This document shows, one piece after another, positions 33,671 through 35,993 of a stretch of DNA of 35,993 nucleotides. Origin of the DNA: a virus (lineage: Duplodnaviria; Caudoviricetes); the IMG/VR virus record IMGVR_UViG_3300012346_000266, positions 1-35,993 of that record; one strand, written 5' to 3'. Each line of letters starts with the position of its first letter. Position 1 is the stretch's first letter. The notes under the pieces were generated by a model. The model did not search any database. It saw only the letters and a program-made list of their open reading frames with translations, and had not been told where the DNA came from. The position numbers and the translations under genes are program-made.

Positions 33671-34189
33671 AAAGATAATATAAGTTATATACATAGGTTA
33701 TAACATTAGTTATTACGTATGTTGTAATATACATTAACCTTATATTTGTTCTTATATAAGTATATCTAATAGTAACATCCAATGTTAACATTAAATGTAC
33801 TTATTGTATTGAATGGATAAATAATAAGATATAAATAACTTAAGATTAATATAGGTTATAACATAGGATAAACTATAAGTTGATATTTAAGGTTATTCTA
33901 TATTATAATCTATATAAGGTTTTGATTTATTTTATTGTTTTTATTTTAACTTCAAACTTTATACGCTAAAGGCGCTATGCCTGTCCTACGGACGGTTCGT
34001 TGCACTAGGCACTGAAGCTGCTTAGTTAAAAACCTTCAGTAAAGCCCCTAAAACCTTCAGCAAGCTGTCAATTTCAAGTAGTCTAGGGGTATGTAGTCTG
34101 AAGGTATGAAACGAGCATATAGAGCGTTCTAAGAATTCTTCATGTTTGTTGTACAAAAGATCAAAGGTCAACTTTAAGAAAGTATATTT

Positions 34190-34672
34190 ATGAAAGTAAA
34201 AGATTTAATTGATTATGACATATTAACTGGTGACTTCTTTATATTAAAATATAATATCAGATACCGTAAGATATTTCCTAACGAAGATGGTTATTTAATA
34301 TTTTATAAAAATGCTAAAAGAATAAAATTAAAAGCTAACAAAGCTGCAATTGAGTTGGTACAAAATATTATTGTACAAAAAGATAAAGTGATACTTCATA
34401 AAAATTTAGATGAAACAGATTACAGATATTGCAACTTGAGATTAATATCAAAGAAAACATACAACAGTATAAAAGAAGCTCACCGTAATTTATCTGGATA
34501 TTTGAAATTACAACCTCATCAAAAGGATATGTTTTCTTATGTACTTATCTGGAAAGAAAACGGTAAGGACAGAATTTTAGTTGTACAAGATATAGTTGTT
34601 GCAAAACGAATGCTAAACAAGCTGCAGTTGAAGTACGCTAAGATTTTAAGTAAGTATTGCATCTTTGATTGA
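34190..34672 (+). CDS. HNH-like protein, possibly degenerate
   Basis: YD..TG.F...GYL...ILHKNLDETDYRYCNLR resembles HNH_3 with substituted catalytic residues. Confidence 0.55.
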   Translation: MKVKDLIDYDILTGDFFILKYNIRYRKIFPNEDGYLIFYKNAKRIKLKANKAAIELVQNIIVQKDKVILHKNLDETDYRYCNLRLISKKTYNSIKEAHRNLSGYLKLQPHQKDMFSYVLIWKENGKDRILVVQDIVVAKRMLNKLQLKYAKILSKYCIFD

Positions 34673-34985
34673 TATTACTGAATAATCCCAAAGGGTTTGT
34701 GATTTTGCGCTTGAAATTACTAATTTTATATGATATAATCAAGCATCTGTGTAAATTAAATCTGTGGACTTTTGTAAATTGCACTATTAAAAGGTGCAAA
34801 ACTGCTAAAATCATTGTGTGCTTTAACCCTGCATGGATGGAACCTTTGCATGTTCGCTTGTGTATCTTTAAACTCCTTTCAATCACAGGTTCTTCAGTGC
34901 AAGCTGGATAAGTAACCAGCACTAATTTCTCATTGTAGACATTTCTACAGTGAATTGTCCATAATGAAAAAAGAATAACTAACAA

Positions 34986-35195
34986 ATGAACTGCATTACA
35001 TGTAATCGCTATTTTAAGCAAAATATTTTCAATAAGACTGCTGAGTGCGAGGATTGCTTAGATCGTGCTTTCTTGGATTTAGATTCAGACATTCAAGTTG
35101 ATGTAGAACTGCTGAGAAATCCTTCGGGTAAAACAAATCCTGTGTTCTATGATGAACATGATGATCCTGAGTTGGATAGTAGAGATTCTATCTAA
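34986..35195 (+). CDS. Small Zn-finger protein
   Basis: CITC...CEDC. Confidence 0.6.
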   Translation: MNCITCNRYFKQNIFNKTAECEDCLDRAFLDLDSDIQVDVELLRNPSGKTNPVFYDEHDDPELDSRDSI

Positions 35196-35237
35196 AGGTG
35201 TTGAGAGTTGCGAGAGCAACGAAAATAGCGCAAGCTA

Positions 35238-35266
35238 TTGACAACGGATTAAACTGCTGTTACAAT
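35238..35266 (+). promoter_or_regulatory. sigma70 promoter of the tRNA cluster
   Basis: TTGACA-N17-TACAAT, 9 nt before the first tRNA. Confidence 0.85.
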
Positions 35267-35275
35267 AGCATTTAA

Positions 35276-35351
35276 GCTGGAATAGCTCATCTGGTAGAGC
35301 AACGGTTTTGTACTCCGTAGGTGGTGGGTTCAAGTCCTGCTTCCAGCACCA
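35276..35351 (+). tRNA. tRNA-Thr(UGU)
   Basis: Cloverleaf; loop TT-TGT-AC; T:T mismatch at the base of the anticodon stem; CCA encoded. Confidence 0.85.
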
Positions 35352-35356
35352 AATAT

Positions 35357-35431
35357 GCTACTATCGTCTATCGGTTAGGACACCGGGTTTTCATCCCGGC
35401 AAGCGGAGTTCGATTCTCCGTAGTAGCTCCA
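35357..35431 (+). tRNA. tRNA-Glu(UUC)
   Basis: CCGGG-TTTTCAT-CCCGG; GCTACTA/TAGTAGC; CCA. Confidence 0.88.
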
Positions 35432-35443
35432 TTTTTTACTAAA

Positions 35444-35593
35444 GTCCAGTGGGTCAAATCCCCGTCCTCTGAGTATTACCCAATACTTGGCGGTGGTGTA
35501 GAGAAACACATTAGTATTTACGTGTATTCCGCAACTACGTTAAAAGTTCGGCTGCTCAATCGCCAACGGAAAGAGCATAAGGTTACAGTTGGA
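35444..35593 (+). ncRNA. Putative structured ncRNA within the tRNA cluster
   Basis: Closing TCCAG/TTGGA; internal hairpins GAGTATT/AATACTT, GTGT/ACAC, ACGT/ACGT and TGCTC/GAGCA. Confidence 0.4.
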
Positions 35594-35600
35594 TAAATTT

Positions 35601-35690
35601 AGAAGTATGGTCGAGTGGCTTATGGCAATGGTTTGCTAAACCATCGGTGGCGAAAGCTGCCCACAGGTTCGAATCCTGTTACTTCTGCCA
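35601..35690 (+). tRNA. tRNA-Ser(GCU)
   Basis: ATGGT-TTGCTAA-ACCAT; long variable arm; G discriminator; CCA. Confidence 0.92.
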
Positions 35691-35697
35691 ATACAAT

Positions 35698-35773
35698 CTC
35701 CCTATAGCGTAGTCTGGTAGCGTTCCTGATTTGGGGTCAGGAGGCGTAGGTTCAAATCCTACTAGGGTGACCA
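35698..35773 (+). tRNA. tRNA-Pro(UGG)
   Basis: CCTGA-TTTGGGG-TCAGG; CCA; one acceptor mismatch. Confidence 0.88.
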
Positions 35774-35780
35774 AACATTT

Positions 35781-35855
35781 ATATCTCTAGCTCAACTGGC
35801 AGAGCAACGGATTCCAAATCCGTAGGTTCTAGGTTCGATTCCTAGGGGTATACCA
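35781..35855 (+). tRNA. tRNA-Trp(CCA)
   Basis: ACGGA-TTCCAAA-TCCGT; acceptor/T-stem junction appears one base short. Confidence 0.8.
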
Positions 35856-35864
35856 AAGATCAAT

Positions 35865-35935
35865 AGCGGGTATTCAGGGCATCCGTAAGTCTCATAAGCT
35901 CTACGCAGAAGTTTCGAGTACTTCACCCGCTTCCA
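35865..35935 (+). tRNA. Aberrant tRNA-Met(CAU)-like RNA with no canonical D-arm
   Basis: AGCGGGT/ACCCGCT-T-CCA; loop CT-CAT-AA; GAAGT-TTCGAGT-ACTTC; bulged anticodon stem. Confidence 0.65.
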
Positions 35936-35942
35936 CAATTTA

Positions 35943-35993
35943 GGGTACGTATACCGTTAAGGAGACGGTCTGGTCTGTAAAACCAGCGCTACT
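35943..35993 (+). tRNA. tRNA-Tyr(GUA), truncated by window end
   Basis: CTGGT-CTGTAAA-ACCAG anticodon arm; D arm CCG...CGG. Confidence 0.75.

Noticed and set aside
34638-35021. ORFs 34638-35021 (-) and 34669-34911 (+)
   Set aside because: No RBS or recognisable motif, overlapping each other; region looks like promoter/leader sequence
35321-35596. 91-aa ORF in the tRNA cluster
   Set aside because: Overlaps tRNA-Thr and tRNA-Glu
1-35993. Stop-codon reassignment or suppressor tRNA
   Set aside because: Core genes are full length in the standard code; no CUA, UCA or UUA anticodon seen
1-35993. Prophage or integrative element
   Set aside because: No integrase, repressor, att-like duplication or host housekeeping genes; phoH, clpP and thyX are common in lytic phages

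Overview
A 36-kb piece of a lytic tailed dsDNA phage genome, about 38% GC by eye. The host is probably a betaproteobacterium (Burkholderiales-like), inferred only from non-coding motifs. From left to right: (i) a leftward replication block (1-11.7 kb) with a structured non-coding stretch, a D-armless tRNA-Arg(UCU)-like RNA abutting an HNH gene, family B DNA polymerase, T7 gp4-type primase-helicase, DRB0094-type RNA ligase, ATP-dependent DNA ligase, an SPFH protein and free-standing HNH endonucleases; (ii) a rightward block (12-27.3 kb) with two Zn deaminases, a P-loop kinase + Rnl1-like ligase + metallophosphoesterase (RNA repair), ThyX, an HU-like protein, a SleB-like hydrolase and a run of small early genes each with its own extended -10 promoter; (iii) an AT-rich, GATC-free island (about 28.0-31.1 kb) of small genes plus a gp88-like gene, with a boxA-like leader and repeated RNase III-like stems, flanked by dense non-coding arrays that resemble host protein binding sites (DnaA boxes, sigma54 sites, TetR-, OxyR/LysR- and Fur-like boxes, 16- and 20-bp tandem repeats); (iv) leftward ClpP-like, HNH-AP2 and PhoH genes; (v) an AT-rich divergent intergenic region and a tRNA cluster (Thr, Glu, Ser, Pro, Trp, aberrant Met, partial Tyr). 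No structural, integrase or CRISPR genes were seen. All protein calls come from motif recognition, not database searches.
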